Source: an uncultured Clostridia bacterium (GTDB lineage Bacteria; Bacillota; Clostridia; TANB77; CAG-508). From it: a stretch of 64,000 nt of DNA. Under the pieces are notes generated by a model. It was not told the origin of the DNA, did not search any database, and worked only from the letters and a program-made list of their open reading frames with translations. A program made the translations under genes and the position numbers. The DNA lies in contig CANQXD010000002.1 of NCBI GenBank assembly GCA_947627755.1, positions 7,512 to 71,511 of the forward strand. Reading direction: 5' to 3'. Shown here piece after piece: positions 40,001-50,086 of the stretch (positions are counted from its first letter, which is position 1; the number at the start of each line of letters is the position of its first letter).

Positions 40001-40158
40001 TTTTTTCTCCTTTCTCCTTTTTATTTTTCTCCTGCTCATGTTGTTGTAATGTTTTATCCTTTTTTGAAATATTTTTGTTTTTGGCGATGACACTTAAAAT
40101 TACGTTAAAAAACGAAATTTTCTGTTGATTTGCTTTACTTTATTTTAAATATCTTATC

Positions 40159-40193
40159 AATGTCTCTTTAGGAAACGTCCCTAAAGGTACATT
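40159..40193 (-). repeat. GGGAC-core repeat element (type B hairpin)
   Basis: AATGTCTCTTTAGGAAACGTCCCTAAAGGTACATT. Ends 1 nt from the stop of the 40195..40383 gene. Confidence 0.8.
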
Positions 40194-40194
40194 T

Positions 40195-40383
40195 TTAGTT
40201 ATTTAAAAATGACATTAGTTTTTGTTTTGTGTTTAGGGCATCTTGGGCTGATTTTGTAAACATTTGCTTGATTTGTGGGTCTACTGCTTGTGATGCGTAG
40301 GTGTTTAGTTTTTGGTATGAAGTTTCGTGCACTCCTATTAGGTGTCTTAAGTTTTGTAATTCTATTTGTGTTAGGTTTGCCAT
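40195..40383 (-). CDS. Small spore-coat-like protein (62 aa, CotF-related partner)
   Basis: LTQIELQNLRHLIG.HETSYQKLNTYASQAVDPQIKQMF resembles the short coat proteins that pair with CotF-like genes. RBS AAGGAAG upstream. Confidence 0.55.
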   Translation of the reverse strand: MANLTQIELQNLRHLIGVHETSYQKLNTYASQAVDPQIKQMFTKSAQDALNTKQKLMSFLNN

Positions 40384-40661
40384 ATTTTTCTTCCTTTCTT
40401 TTCACGTTTTGTTATTAGTGTTTCCTTTTTTTGTTGTTTTATACTTGATTTTATTTAAATTCTTATTTTATTTAAATTCTTAATTTATAGTGCTTGACAT
40501 TTTATGTTAAATTTTGTAAAATACTATTGATATAATTGTACTTTAGGTTATATCCTAATCCAAATTTGCTAACTAGTAAGGTGGATGGGATATTCCTCCT
40601 TACTATTAGTTTTACTATATATAACATCATACATCACAAGAGCTAATTAAAGGAGGAAAAC

Positions 40662-41084
40662 ATGTTAACTATTATCATTGTTGCGTTAATTATTTTGGTA
40701 ATTTTTAAAAAACAGTATCGGAATATGTTGGTAGTATTGGTTTTGTCTTTATTCTTTTATTTTGTTACTGCTGCAGCATATTGTTCTAATATTGTTAATG
40801 CACGAAGTGAATTAGTGCAAGAGCAGCAACGTCTTCCTGTACTAGAAAGCCAGTTAGAAGCTTTATTATCGGATTTCCGGTATGTTCCTGCAGAAGGTGA
40901 TACTTTTGAAAAGTTAGAGGCGTTTGAAAATAAATATACTACGCTAACTAATAGCATTGAACAATGCAAGAACGAAATTGCTAGACACCAAAGAAGGGTG
41001 AATCCACGTTCTATAGGTAATCAGTTTGCAAGATTTTTACTTGACTTTGGCATTACAGAAAAAATTTTATCGCTCACGCAATGA
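40662..41084 (+). CDS. Hypothetical membrane protein (140 aa, two N-terminal TMs, coiled-coil tail)
   Basis: Strong RBS AAAGGAGG and a terminator at 41090-41134. Contains two in-frame CGG codons (40719-40721, 40878-40880). Confidence 0.55.
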   Translation: MLTIIIVALIILVIFKKQYRNMLVVLVLSLFFYFVTAAAYCSNIVNARSELVQEQQRLPVLESQLEALLSDFRYVPAEGDTFEKLEAFENKYTTLTNSIEQCKNEIARHQRRVNPRSIGNQFARFLLDFGITEKILSLTQ

Positions 41085-41089
41085 TGTTA

Positions 41090-41134
41090 AAATAGACCAA
41101 GTTTCTTTTGTTTTAAAGAACTTGGTCTATTTTA
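41090..41134 (+). terminator. Rho-independent terminator after the 40662..41084 gene
   Basis: AATAGACCAAGTT...AACTTGGTCTATTTTATT. Confidence 0.8.
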
Positions 41135-41236
41135 TTCTATTATATTTATTATATTTTTATGCTAAATCTTTACTTATTGTTATTTTTATTTGTTATTTTA
41201 TCATTATATAGTATTTTATTTTCACTATATTTCTCA

Positions 41237-41350
41237 CTATTTATATAACAATGCTTCGATTTCTTTCCAACTATTTACACGAATAACTCCTTGTTTTTCT
41301 AGTTCTTCTTGTGATATTTCTTTATTACTGGTGAAATGAATGGTAAATTC
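41237..41350 (-). pseudogene. Possible 3' fragment of a HAD-type phosphatase gene
   Basis: A 37-codon open stretch with no start lies directly after the pcrA stop: EFTIHFTSNKEISQEELEKQGVIRVNSWKEIEALLYK. It resembles the C-terminal ..S.EELEK.G......EI..LL tail of PpaX/PGP-like HAD hydrolases. Confidence 0.3.
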
Positions 41351-41362
41351 TCATATAAATAT

Positions 41363-43703
41363 TCAAATAATTTCTAAGCCTGCATACTTTGCCATTAAAC
41401 GTTTATGTCCTGCTTTGTCAAAGTTGATGTCTACTTTTGCATCTTCTCCTTCTTTTTCAATGCTGTTTATTGTGCCTTCTCCAAATTTTTTATGATATAT
41501 TCTCATTCCTTCTTTGTATTTTGAAATGTCTACGTCTTGTGATGGTTTGTTTAAAGAATTTAAGAAGCTTTCTGCTGTTCGAAATGCAAAACCATTTGTA
41601 TTTGCTGTTGTTTTATTTCCTATTTTATTAGAAGAATTATTTGCTATACTTGATGCTGCTACATAACTATTTTGTGCTTCTTCAAATTTGTACGTTTTTA
41701 CTTTTCCTGCATAGTTGGTTCCATAAGACCAACCATAGTTACTGTCTTCAAAGGTTTCTTCTTGCTTACTTTCTAAGTCTCCATAGCCTTCTAGATTTTC
41801 TTCTGGTATTTCTCTTACAAAACGAGAAATTGCATTATAACTGGTAGAGCCAAAAATGGTTCTATGTTTTGCACAGGTTAGGTGCAAATATTGCTTTGCT
41901 CTTGTAATGCCTACATAAAATAAACGTCTTTCTTCTTCTAACTCTTTTGGCTCGCCAATAGATTTATAGCCAGGGAAGATTCCTTCTTCCATTCCTACTA
42001 AGAATACAACTGGGAATTCTAGCCCTTTGGCGCTATGTAATGTCATTAAGGTGACACTATTTTCTGTATCTTCTAGGCTATCAATGTCGCTTGATAAACT
42101 AATGCTTTCTAGGAATTCGTTTAAGGAATTGTCTGCAAATTCTTCCTCAAATTCCATTGCTACTGTTACTAATTCTTCTATGTTTTGAAGCCTACTTTCT
42201 GCTTCTACTGTGTTTTCTAGCTCTAAGGCTTTTATATACCCACTTTGCTTTAATACCATTTGAAGTAGTTCTGAAATTTGTAATTCTTCTTGTTTTTGTC
42301 TCATTTCTTCGATTAAGTCGATGAATTCTTTTGCATTTACAGCTACACGATTTAGCCCGTATTCTCCTGCTTTTTTGATTACTTCATACATGGAAAGTCC
42401 TGTTTGATAAGAGATTTCTTCTACATTGTCTAAACTTGTTTTTCCAATACCACGTTTTGGTTCGTTAATTATTCTTTTTAGTGAAATGTTATCGGAAGGG
42501 TTTGCAATTAAACGTAAATAACTGATGGCATCTTTTATTTCTTTTCTTTCATAGAATTTTAAGCCACCTACAATTTTGTAAGGAATGTCCTCTCTTCTTA
42601 AAATGTCTTCAATGGCCCTTGACTGGGAGTTCATACGATATAGGATAGCAAAATCGGAGTATTCAAAGTATTCTTCTCTTTTTAGGTGATTGATTTGCTC
42701 TACAATATACCTTGCTTCGTCGTATTCGTCGTCTCCTTGGTAGATGCATGGAAGATTTCCTTCTTCGTTTTCTGTCCATAATTTTTTGTCATATTTTACT
42801 TCATTGTTTTTGATGACTGCGTTTGCTATTTTTAATATATTTTGCGTGCAACGATAATTTTGCTCTAGTTTGATGATTTTCGTTCCTGGGAAGTCTTTTT
42901 CAAAGTTTAGAATATTTGAAATGTCGGCTCCGTCTAAAGCTATAAATTCCTTGGTCGTTATCTCCAACTACAGTGATGTTTCCGTATTTGGATGCAAGTA
43001 TAGTTACTAAGGTAAATTGTGCTTTGTTAGTGTCTTGATATTCATCTACTAAAACATATTTGAATTTGTCTGTATAGTATTCTAAGGCATCTGGGTTTTC
43101 CGTTAATATTTTTATTGTGTAGTTGATGATATCGTCAAAATCTAAGGCATTGTTTTCTTTTAAACGTTTTTGATATAAAGTATAGATTTCTCCTATTTTT
43201 TCTTTTCGAAAGTCTCCTGCATATTTTACGCAGTATGCTTTTGGTTCAAGCATTTCATTTTTTGCATTGCTAATTTCGGCTAAAACGCTTCTATCCGTAA
43301 ACATTTTGTCATCTATGTTAAGTGATTTTAAACATTCTTTCATTAATGTTCTTTGGTCTGATGTATCAAATATAAGAAAAGAAGAATCGAAGCCAATTCG
43401 GTCTATGTATTTTCTTAAAATGCGCACACAAATAGAGTGGAAGGTTCCCATCCATATATTTTTTGCTGCATCTCCAACTAATTTTTCAATTCTTTCTTTC
43501 ATTTCGTTGGCTGCTTTGTTCGTAAATGTGATGGCTAATATATTCCATGGTGCAATGTTTTTTTCTGCAATTAGATATGCAATTTTATGGGTTAGCACTT
43601 TTGTTTTTCCGCTTCCTGCTCCTGCAATGACAAGGCATGGTCCTTCGGTTTCTAGCACTGCTTCTTTTTGCTTATTGTTTAGTCCTTCTATTAACTCTTG
43701 CAT
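41363..43703 (-). pseudogene. pcrA: ATP-dependent DNA helicase PcrA/UvrD, split into two ORFs by a single-base +1 frameshift
   Basis: ORF 42900..43703 carries Walker A AGAGSGKT up to VVGDNDQGIYSFR, then out-of-frame residues RSRHFKYSKL and a stop. ORF 41363..42967 carries GADISNILNFEKDFPG...QNYRC...VGITRA and the C-terminal Tudor-like tail. Removing the C at 42932 fuses IYSFR-GADI (helicase motif III). Confidence 0.9.
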
Positions 43704-43873
43704 TTTTGTTTCATTCCTTTCTGGGTTTAGTAAAGTTTTTTTGGTTTATTTGCTTTTGCCTAAAACAATAACGATTGCATCTGCTTTTCTCATTTTCTAT
43801 GTTACTTAGTCTATCTTATTTTTTGTTCTTTGTCTAGCGAACATTCAAAATTTTTACAAAAAATTTGTTCTTA

Positions 43874-44332
43874 TTATTTTTTTAGTTTTTCTATTATTTT
43901 TTCTAAGCATTCTTTTATTTCTTTTGCACAATGCTTGTACACATTTAAATCATAACCCCAAGGATCTTTAATATCTAAATCTTGCCCTTCTTTATCTATG
44001 CCAGCATATTCTTTCATAGTATAAACTTTTCCTTTTAGTTCTGGATATAAATATAGTACATTTTGTTTGTGTGTATTTGTTGCACACAAGATTATATCCA
44101 TTTCTTTTATTTTTGAATCTCTAATATTAGTGGCTTTATGAGATATAATATCTACATCATAGTCTTTCATAGCATCAATTGCGTTGTAAGTTGCTTCATC
44201 TCCTGTTTCTGCATAAATTCCACAAGAACAAACTTCTGCTTTCATTTTTTCTTCTTGCAACATCTTTTTTAACATTCCTTCTGCCATGGCACTTCTGCAT
44301 ATATTTCCTGTACAAATAAACATAATTTTCAT
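43874..44332 (-). CDS. Low-molecular-weight protein phosphatase (arginine/tyrosine phosphatase family)
   Basis: P-loop CTGNICRS at residues 7-14; 152 aa. Confidence 0.88.
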   Translation of the reverse strand: MKIMFICTGNICRSAMAEGMLKKMLQEEKMKAEVCSCGIYAETGDEATYNAIDAMKDYDVDIISHKATNIRDSKIKEMDIILCATNTHKQNVLYLYPELKGKVYTMKEYAGIDKEGQDLDIKDPWGYDLNVYKHCAKEIKECLEKIIEKLKK

Positions 44333-44442
44333 AATTTTAATATCCCTTTCTTGCTTTTATTTCATTTTTTATATCAGTAACAAATAAGTTTTATTTTCTT
44401 TTTTATTATACCAATTTTTATATTATTATGCTAATAATTTTG

Positions 44443-44492
44443 AAAAAAAGAGATACATTTTCTGTTATTGGACAAGAAATGTATCTTTTTTT
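44443..44492 (-). terminator. Rho-independent terminator of zupT
   Basis: AAAAAAAGAGATACATTT...AAATGTATCTTTTTTT. Lies downstream of the two repeat units. Confidence 0.75.
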
Positions 44493-44521
44493 ATTTTTTA
44501 CAATTATTTTTATAGAAAAAA

Positions 44522-44574
44522 GAAACTTACCAAAAGGGACAGATATACCAAAAGGAAACGTCCCCAATGGTACC
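44522..44574 (-). repeat. GGGAC-core repeat element (type A unit)
   Basis: Minus strand: GGTACCATTGGGGACGTTTCCTTTTGGTATATCTGTCCCTTTTGGTAAGTTTC. Nearly identical to the copies at 16392-16448 and 39658-39710. Confidence 0.85.
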
Positions 44575-44582
44575 AGCAAATA

Positions 44583-44617
44583 AATGTCTCTTTAGGAAAC
44601 GTCCCTAAAGGGACATT
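44583..44617 (-). repeat. GGGAC-core repeat element (type B hairpin) overlapping the zupT stop
   Basis: AATGTCTCTTTAGGAAACGTCCCTAAAGGGACATT. The last zupT codons ATG TCC CTT TAG lie inside it. Confidence 0.8.
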
Positions 44618-45357
44618 GCTAGCATACCTAGTAGGAAACCAAATATGTTGCCTACTGCTGTCATTCTGCCGCGATATAAGCTGTTTGATTCTGGCATTAG
44701 TTCGCCTGATACGATATATAGCATAGCTCCTGCTGCAAAACTTAAACATATACTTATTACTTCTTTTGAAATTCCTCCTACTAATGCGCCAAAGAATGCT
44801 CCTATTCCTGTGGTTACTCCAGATAGTATAACATAGATGACTACTTTTATTTTTCCCATTCCTCCATTTTTCATTGGTACTGCCATAGATATTCCTTCTG
44901 GTATGTCATGTAAGCAGATTGCTATGGCAAGTGAGTAGCCTAATGTTATGGATGCACCAAATCCTGAGCCAATGGCTAATCCTTCTGGAAAGTTATGAAG
45001 AGCAAGACCTATGCTTACTATGATTCCTGTTTTTAATAAGCCACTTGCTGCATTTTTTCTTATTGGATTTTTATTAAATTTGTTTTGTACTAGAATGTCA
45101 CAGATAATCATTGTAAGAACTCCAAACATAATGCCAACTAATACATTTAAGATGCTTGCCATTTCCATTGCTTCTGGTATTAAGTCAAAACAGATAATAG
45201 CAAGCATTAAACCAGAGGCAAATGCTAGAACAAAACTTAAAAATTTATTAGAGGTTTTTTTGAAGCATACTCCTATTATGCCTCCTATTGTGGTTCCAAA
45301 GGTTCCAAAAAATAATCCGATTAGTGTTGTTTTGATTAAATAATCCAATCGTTCCAC
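44605..45357 (-). CDS. zupT: ZIP-family zinc transporter
   Basis: 250-aa polytopic protein. HNFPEGLAIG and LHDIPEGI are ZIP/ZupT signatures. The last codons and the stop lie inside a repeat element. Confidence 0.85.
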   Translation of the reverse strand: MERLDYLIKTTLIGLFFGTFGTTIGGIIGVCFKKTSNKFLSFVLAFASGLMLAIICFDLIPEAMEMASILNVLVGIMFGVLTMIICDILVQNKFNKNPIRKNAASGLLKTGIIVSIGLALHNFPEGLAIGSGFGASITLGYSLAIAICLHDIPEGISMAVPMKNGGMGKIKVVIYVILSGVTTGIGAFFGALVGGISKEVISICLSFAAGAMLYIVSGELMPESNSLYRGRMTAVGNIFGFLLGMLAMSL

Positions 45358-45445
45358 TCCCTATATAAGCTTTTTTACTATTTTATTGTAAAAGCTTTTT
45401 TTTATGCTTATTTTTTGGTTTTCTTTTCTAAAATATATAATTATA

Positions 45446-45657
45446 TTAGTTTAGTGCTACTAAAATATATGGATCCGTAGATGATCCACTGCCAGAACTA
45501 ATTTTAACTTCGGAATTTAATGTAATAACTGGACGAAGTCCATTTGTTGGTGTCTGATATGCTGGTTCCCACCACCAATCATCTCTATCATTATATGTAG
45601 CTTCTTCCATATACACATAATCTTCGTATATATTTCCATCTACCAGATATAAATATT
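45446..45657 (-). pseudogene. 3' fragment of a pilin-like/FGE-domain-type secreted protein gene
   Basis: An open stretch of about 70 codons with no upstream start: KYLYLVDGNIYEDYVYMEEATYNDRDDWWWEPAYQTPTNGLRPVITLNSEVKISSGSGSSTDPYILVALN. The GLRPVITL ending resembles the FRPILYI ending of the 55802..57067 protein. Confidence 0.4.
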
Positions 45658-45769
45658 TTTATCTAATTTTAGTCATTATTTGAAAATATAAAAAATAAAA
45701 TAATTTTATATTATAATATTTATATATTTTGGTTACTCGTAAACATATTTGTTAAGGAGGAAAATTTAT

Positions 45770-46123
45770 ATGGAGCTTATTACTGTTCAATCGGAAAAGG
45801 ATATTAAGACTTTGCTTTTGAAGGAAATGGAGCTTGCAAAGACAGAACGTTTGCTAATTATTCTAAGTAAGAGTCGATTTGATGAGTTTCAAACAAGAAA
45901 TGATGTAAAAAAAATTTTTTTCAATAATGGAGATAGATTATTTTTAAGTGATGATATAAACTATTCTATTTACGAAAACAAGCATATTTTATCTTGTAAC
46001 TATTATGGTATTATCACGTTTTGCATTATAGCTGGACTTTATATTGTAAAAGATTTTATTTTTACTAATATACCTTATTTTAGCTATGAATTAGAAGCTT
46101 CAAAAATTCATTTTATTGTGTAA
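45770..46123 (+). CDS. Hypothetical protein (117 aa) with C-terminal hydrophobic segment
   Basis: ORF 45749..46123. ATG 45770 follows AAGGAGG. A terminator lies at 46149-46183. Confidence 0.45.
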   Translation: MELITVQSEKDIKTLLLKEMELAKTERLLIILSKSRFDEFQTRNDVKKIFFNNGDRLFLSDDINYSIYENKHILSCNYYGIITFCIIAGLYIVKDFIFTNIPYFSYELEASKIHFIV

Positions 46124-46148
46124 TGCTTGTTAATGCTTTTCACTAAAT

Positions 46149-46183
46149 AAAAAAGCACTTAAACAATGTTTAGGTGCTTTTTT
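46149..46183 (+). terminator. Rho-independent terminator after the 45770..46123 gene
   Basis: AAAAAGCACTTAAACAATGTTTAGGTGCTTTTTT. Confidence 0.8.
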
Positions 46184-46325
46184 GTTTTTTTATTGATTCT
46201 GACTTTTCTAACTACTTATGAATTTTATGAGTTTTAGCTTCTTTATAAATTTTTAATATGACCTATATTTTAAACATTTATAAAGTTATTCACAATTTGA
46301 AAATTTTAAGACTCGTGCCTAAATT

Positions 46326-47384
46326 TTAATCTTCACCTTTTAGGCGTTCAGCTCTGTCGGCTGCGATTAGATTGTCTATCATTTCGTCTAAGTTTCCGTT
46401 TAGGAAGTCTTCAAATTGATATACGTTGAAACCAATTCTGTGATCTGTTATACGACCTTGTGGATAGTTATAAGTACGGATTTTTTCACTTCTATCTCCT
46501 GAACCTACTTGACTTTTTCTTTCATTTGCAATTTCACTGTCTCTTTTTTGTTTTTCGATTTCGTATAGTCTAGAGCGAAGTAGTCTCATGGCATATTCTC
46601 TGTTTTGTACTTGTGAACGTTCTGTTTGACATTCTGCTACTATTCCTGTTGGAACGTGGATTAGTCTTACTGCAGATGATGTTTTGTTTACGTGTTGTCC
46701 ACCTGCACCAGATGCTCTATATACTTCCATTTTGATGTCTGCTGGGTTGATGTCGATTTCTACATCTTCTACTACTGGTAGAACGGCAACAGTTGCTGTT
46801 GATGTATGTATTCTTCCACTACTTTCAGTGTCTGGTACACGTTGAACACGGTGTACTCCACTTTCGAATTTTAGTCTACTGAAGGCTCCTTTTCCTGTTA
46901 TCATAAATGAGATTTCTTTGTATCCACCTAGCCCTGTTTCATTTTCATTGACTACTTCTAATTTCCAATGTTTCCTTTCTGCATACATACTATACATTCT
47001 AAATAATGTTCCTGCAAATAGTGCTGCTTCTTCTCCTCCTGCTCCACCACGAATTTCACATATAACGTTTTTATCGTCATCTGGATCTTTTGGTATTAAT
47101 AGTATTTTTAATTCTTCTTCTATTTTTGGCATAGCTTCTTTGTTTGCTAGCATTTCTTCTTCTGCTAAGTCTTTCATTTCTGGGTCATTCATCATTTCTT
47201 TTGCTTCTTCATAAGCTTGTTTTGCTTTTTTGTATTCTCTATATTTTTGAACAACTGGTTCTATTTCTGCATGTTCTTTCATATATTCACGCCATTCGTT
47301 TGTTCTTGCTATTACTTCTGGATCACTAATTTTAGCTGTTAATTCTTCATAGCGTTTTTCTACGGTTTCTAATTTGTCAAACAT
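46326..47384 (-). CDS. prfA: Peptide chain release factor 1
   Basis: GGQ motif ([11 protein letters not shown]). The [17 protein letters not shown] tripeptide-anticodon region is RF1-type (P-x-T). 352 aa. Confidence 0.93.
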   Translation of the reverse strand: MFDKLETVEKRYEELTAKISDPEVIARTNEWREYMKEHAEIEPVVQKYREYKKAKQAYEEAKEMMNDPEMKDLAEEEMLANKEAMPKIEEELKILLIPKDPDDDKNVICEIRGGAGGEEAALFAGTLFRMYSMYAERKHWKLEVVNENETGLGGYKEISFMITGKGAFSRLKFESGVHRVQRVPDTESSGRIHTSTATVAVLPVVEDVEIDINPADIKMEVYRASGAGGQHVNKTSSAVRLIHVPTGIVAECQTERSQVQNREYAMRLLRSRLYEIEKQKRDSEIANERKSQVGSGDRSEKIRTYNYPQGRITDHRIGFNVYQFEDFLNGNLDEMIDNLIAADRAERLKGED

Positions 47385-47491
47385 AAATATTTACTTTCCT
47401 TTCTGTTTTTTCCCATAAAACACAATAATATTAAAAGATTTTTTTTTGCGTTTCTTTTCTTTCCTATTATACTATATATTTTTGATTTATT

Positions 47492-47537
47492 CAATAGAAG
47501 ACCCAACCTTTTTAAGAAAAGGTTGGGTCTTCTATTG
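47492..47537 (-). terminator. Rho-independent terminator (21-bp perfect stem) after the 47570..47929 gene
   Basis: CAATAGAAGACCCAACCTTTT TAAG AAAAGGTTGGGTCTTCTATTG. Confidence 0.8.
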
Positions 47538-47569
47538 GAAGTATATTCATTCCTAGTCTTATTCAATTT

Positions 47570-47929
47570 TTAGATGTAACCTTCTAATATGTTAGCTACA
47601 TTTTTCTCATGTATTTGGATAACAGTCTTAAAAGGTTCTGTCAATTCATTAAATTGCTTGATGAGCACATCATTTACCTGATTTTGATACCATTCTACTG
47701 CTCTTAAAAGGTCTTCTTTGTTTTCAATATCTATTAGTATTTTCCGTCTTGAATCTATTACTACCATTTTTTTCAAATTGATACTTCTACACGTTTTTAT
47801 TAAATTCGCATATATGTGTATCTTAGTTAAAAAATCCAAGTTGCCAATACTAAGGACCTTTCTCATTTGCTCTAGAAATAGTTGTTTCTCTATTTCAAAT
47901 TCTTCTACTCTTTCTACAGCTACTTCCAT
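47570..47929 (-). CDS. Hypothetical protein (119 aa)
   Basis: Strong RBS AGGAGGAG and a 21-bp-stem terminator downstream. In-frame AGA CGG AAA at 47749-47741. No family recognised. Confidence 0.55.
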   Translation of the reverse strand: MEVAVERVEEFEIEKQLFLEQMRKVLSIGNLDFLTKIHIYANLIKTCRSINLKKMVVIDSRRKILIDIENKEDLLRAVEWYQNQVNDVLIKQFNELTEPFKTVIQIHEKNVANILEGYI

Positions 47930-48082
47930 ACTTTTCTCCTCCTAATTAGAATTAAGATACTATATAATTACTTTTTTATTATACCATATTTTGTGTGAAC
48001 TGTCAACGGTTACTCTCTCAATAAATACCTTGTATTTGTTTTATATTTTTTATTTTATATTGATATATTATAAACCTATAGT

Positions 48083-50020
48083 TTATATTTGTATTACTTT
48101 ATGCTTTATGTTATATTCCGTTAATATTTCTTTCTCTCTATTCGTACAGGAAAAAATAATAATTTGATTATTGGGAAATTCATTATCTAAGTATTGTAAA
48201 ATATTTTTTAATCTTTCTTCATCATAATAAGCAAAAGCTTCATCTAATATGATTGGCATAGATTCTTGCGTTAGTTCTTTTAACATAGCTAGACGCAAAG
48301 ATAAGTATAATTGATCTATTGTACCAATACTTAGTTTTTCTGCTTCTATATATTCTCCATTTTCTTTTTCTATGATGATTCCTTTGTCTTCGCTTAAATG
48401 AATTTTTGTGTATTTTCCATTTGAAATTTTTTCTATATTTTGTGATAGTTGTTTTGTTAGTTTTGGTGTAATGTTCTGTTTCATTTTTTGATATGCAATT
48501 TCTAAAATTTCTTTTGAAAATTCCATTGCTTGATTGTATTTTTCTAACTGTTCTTCCCTTTGTTTTAGTTCTTCCATTTTTTCCTCTAATAAAGCAATTT
48601 TTTCTAATTTTGGTGAAATGGTATTTTCTTCTAGTTCTAAAGAATGATATTCTAATTTTTGACGATTTTTTTCTTCTTCCTCATTTTCTAGTTGCCTTTC
48701 TATATTTTGCATTTCAAAAAGTTTGTCTATTTCGTTTAATTTATTTGTATTTCTTTTCAAATTTTCTTTTTCTATGTTCTCTTTTACTTGAATTTTGTCT
48801 TTTTGAATTTGTAATTCTTTTTCCTGTTCTTCTATATTATTTTGTAAAATTTTAATTTCTGCTTCTATTGCATCTAAGTTTTGCTTTATCTGTGCGTTTT
48901 GCTTTTGCTCTTTTTGATTTTTTTCATCTTGTTTTTCTTTCTCTTTCTTTTGCTTTCTATTTTCTAGTAAGATAAGGCTACCTGTAAGAATGAAAGTTAA
49001 TGCAAAAATTCCTATCAAGATATTATTTTTTAAAACTAAGATAGTAAAAACTTCTAATAAAAGGCTTACGACAAACAATATTATGATTGATAACATTTTT
49101 TTGCTTTTTTGCAATTGTTTTGGTTGGTTTAATTCATAATTTTGCTTTTCAACTTCTTGCTTTTGTATTTTTAATTGTTCTTCTAATTGTTTTTTTCTTT
49201 GATTTTGAACTTCTTTTAAATTTTCTGCTAATTTTATTTTTTCTACTTCTAGTTTTTCATTTTCTTTGATGTTTTTTACTTTTTTAATAATTTCTATTAT
49301 TTCTTCTATTTGCTTTATTTCTTTTTTCTTTTGTTCTTTTTCTTGTAAGATTTCTTGTTTTCTTTCTTTATATTCTTCTAGCCTACCTATTTCATCTTGC
49401 ACTTTAAATTTTTCCTCTTTTACTACATTGATTGGTCTTCCCTGGGAGCGTGTTGTTCCTATTTCTTCTAATTGTTTTTTATTAATTTTGTCTAACGCTT
49501 TTTGATAAGATATGCTATCGTCCCCGGTACCTGCTAAATTAGCTACTTTTTGTACCATAGTATTTTGCGCACTTTGCTCTAATTTAACTTCTTGTTGCAT
49601 AGAAACGAATGTAGAATAAAACATATTTTCTTCTATATTCGTTTGCTCTATAAAGAATTGATTGCCATAAGTTTTATCGATAGTAAATTGCTTTGAAATA
49701 TCTTCTAGCTGTTCGTTGTAAATAGTCGGATTTTTTTTATTAAAGTCTCTGAATACTTCATATTGATTGCCATTATCTAACGTATAAGATAATTTTCCAG
49801 AAAATTCTTCTTGTGCCCATGGTTTGTACCTATCATAATCTGAAAATTCTCTCCCTTTTTTTGTTTTAGATGCACCATAAAAAATACTAGCAATAAATTT
49901 TAATAAGGTGGATTTTCCACTTTCATTGCTTCCTTGCACAATATTGATATGTTCTGTAAAATGAATTTCTTTATTTTCCAATTTACCAAAGTGATTAATT
50001 TTTAAATGGTTTATTTTCAA
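48083..50020 (-). CDS. SbcC/YhaN-like AAA ATPase with central TM hairpin and long coiled coils
   Basis: Walker A GSNESGKST and a C-terminal signature/Walker B region (QLYLSLRLAM...PIILDEAF). Two TMs lie mid-protein (IIILFVVSLLLEVFTILVL, IGIFALTFILTGSLILL). Start moved to TTG 50020 (LKINHLKINHFG), after AAGGAG. Confidence 0.75.
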   Translation of the reverse strand: MKINHLKINHFGKLENKEIHFTEHINIVQGSNESGKSTLLKFIASIFYGASKTKKGREFSDYDRYKPWAQEEFSGKLSYTLDNGNQYEVFRDFNKKNPTIYNEQLEDISKQFTIDKTYGNQFFIEQTNIEENMFYSTFVSMQQEVKLEQSAQNTMVQKVANLAGTGDDSISYQKALDKINKKQLEEIGTTRSQGRPINVVKEEKFKVQDEIGRLEEYKERKQEILQEKEQKKKEIKQIEEIIEIIKKVKNIKENEKLEVEKIKLAENLKEVQNQRKKQLEEQLKIQKQEVEKQNYELNQPKQLQKSKKMLSIIILFVVSLLLEVFTILVLKNNILIGIFALTFILTGSLILLENRKQKKEKEKQDEKNQKEQKQNAQIKQNLDAIEAEIKILQNNIEEQEKELQIQKDKIQVKENIEKENLKRNTNKLNEIDKLFEMQNIERQLENEEEEKNRQKLEYHSLELEENTISPKLEKIALLEEKMEELKQREEQLEKYNQAMEFSKEILEIAYQKMKQNITPKLTKQLSQNIEKISNGKYTKIHLSEDKGIIIEKENGEYIEAEKLSIGTIDQLYLSLRLAMLKELTQESMPIILDEAFAYYDEERLKNILQYLDNEFPNNQIIIFSCTNREKEILTEYNIKHKVIQI

Positions 50021-50086
50021 TGATTTGCTCCTTATTATACATTTTATTTTTATAATTATTTCATTTGATTGTGACAAAGTATTTTT

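Noticed and set aside
43704-43873. A possible LexA (Cheo) box upstream of pcrA around CGAACATTC.
   Set aside because: Only one half-site (GTTCG/CGAAC) is present. The partner half at the required 4-nt spacing is absent.
19642-47746. CGG as a universally unassigned or always-frameshifting codon.
   Set aside because: Four other in-frame CGG codons (19644-19642, 40719-40721, 40878-40880, 47746-47744) sit in ORFs that stay open in the zero frame. Each hits a stop within a few codons if read +1. If frameshifting occurs, it must be context-dependent, and all four lie in uncharacterised ORFs, so this does not settle the question.
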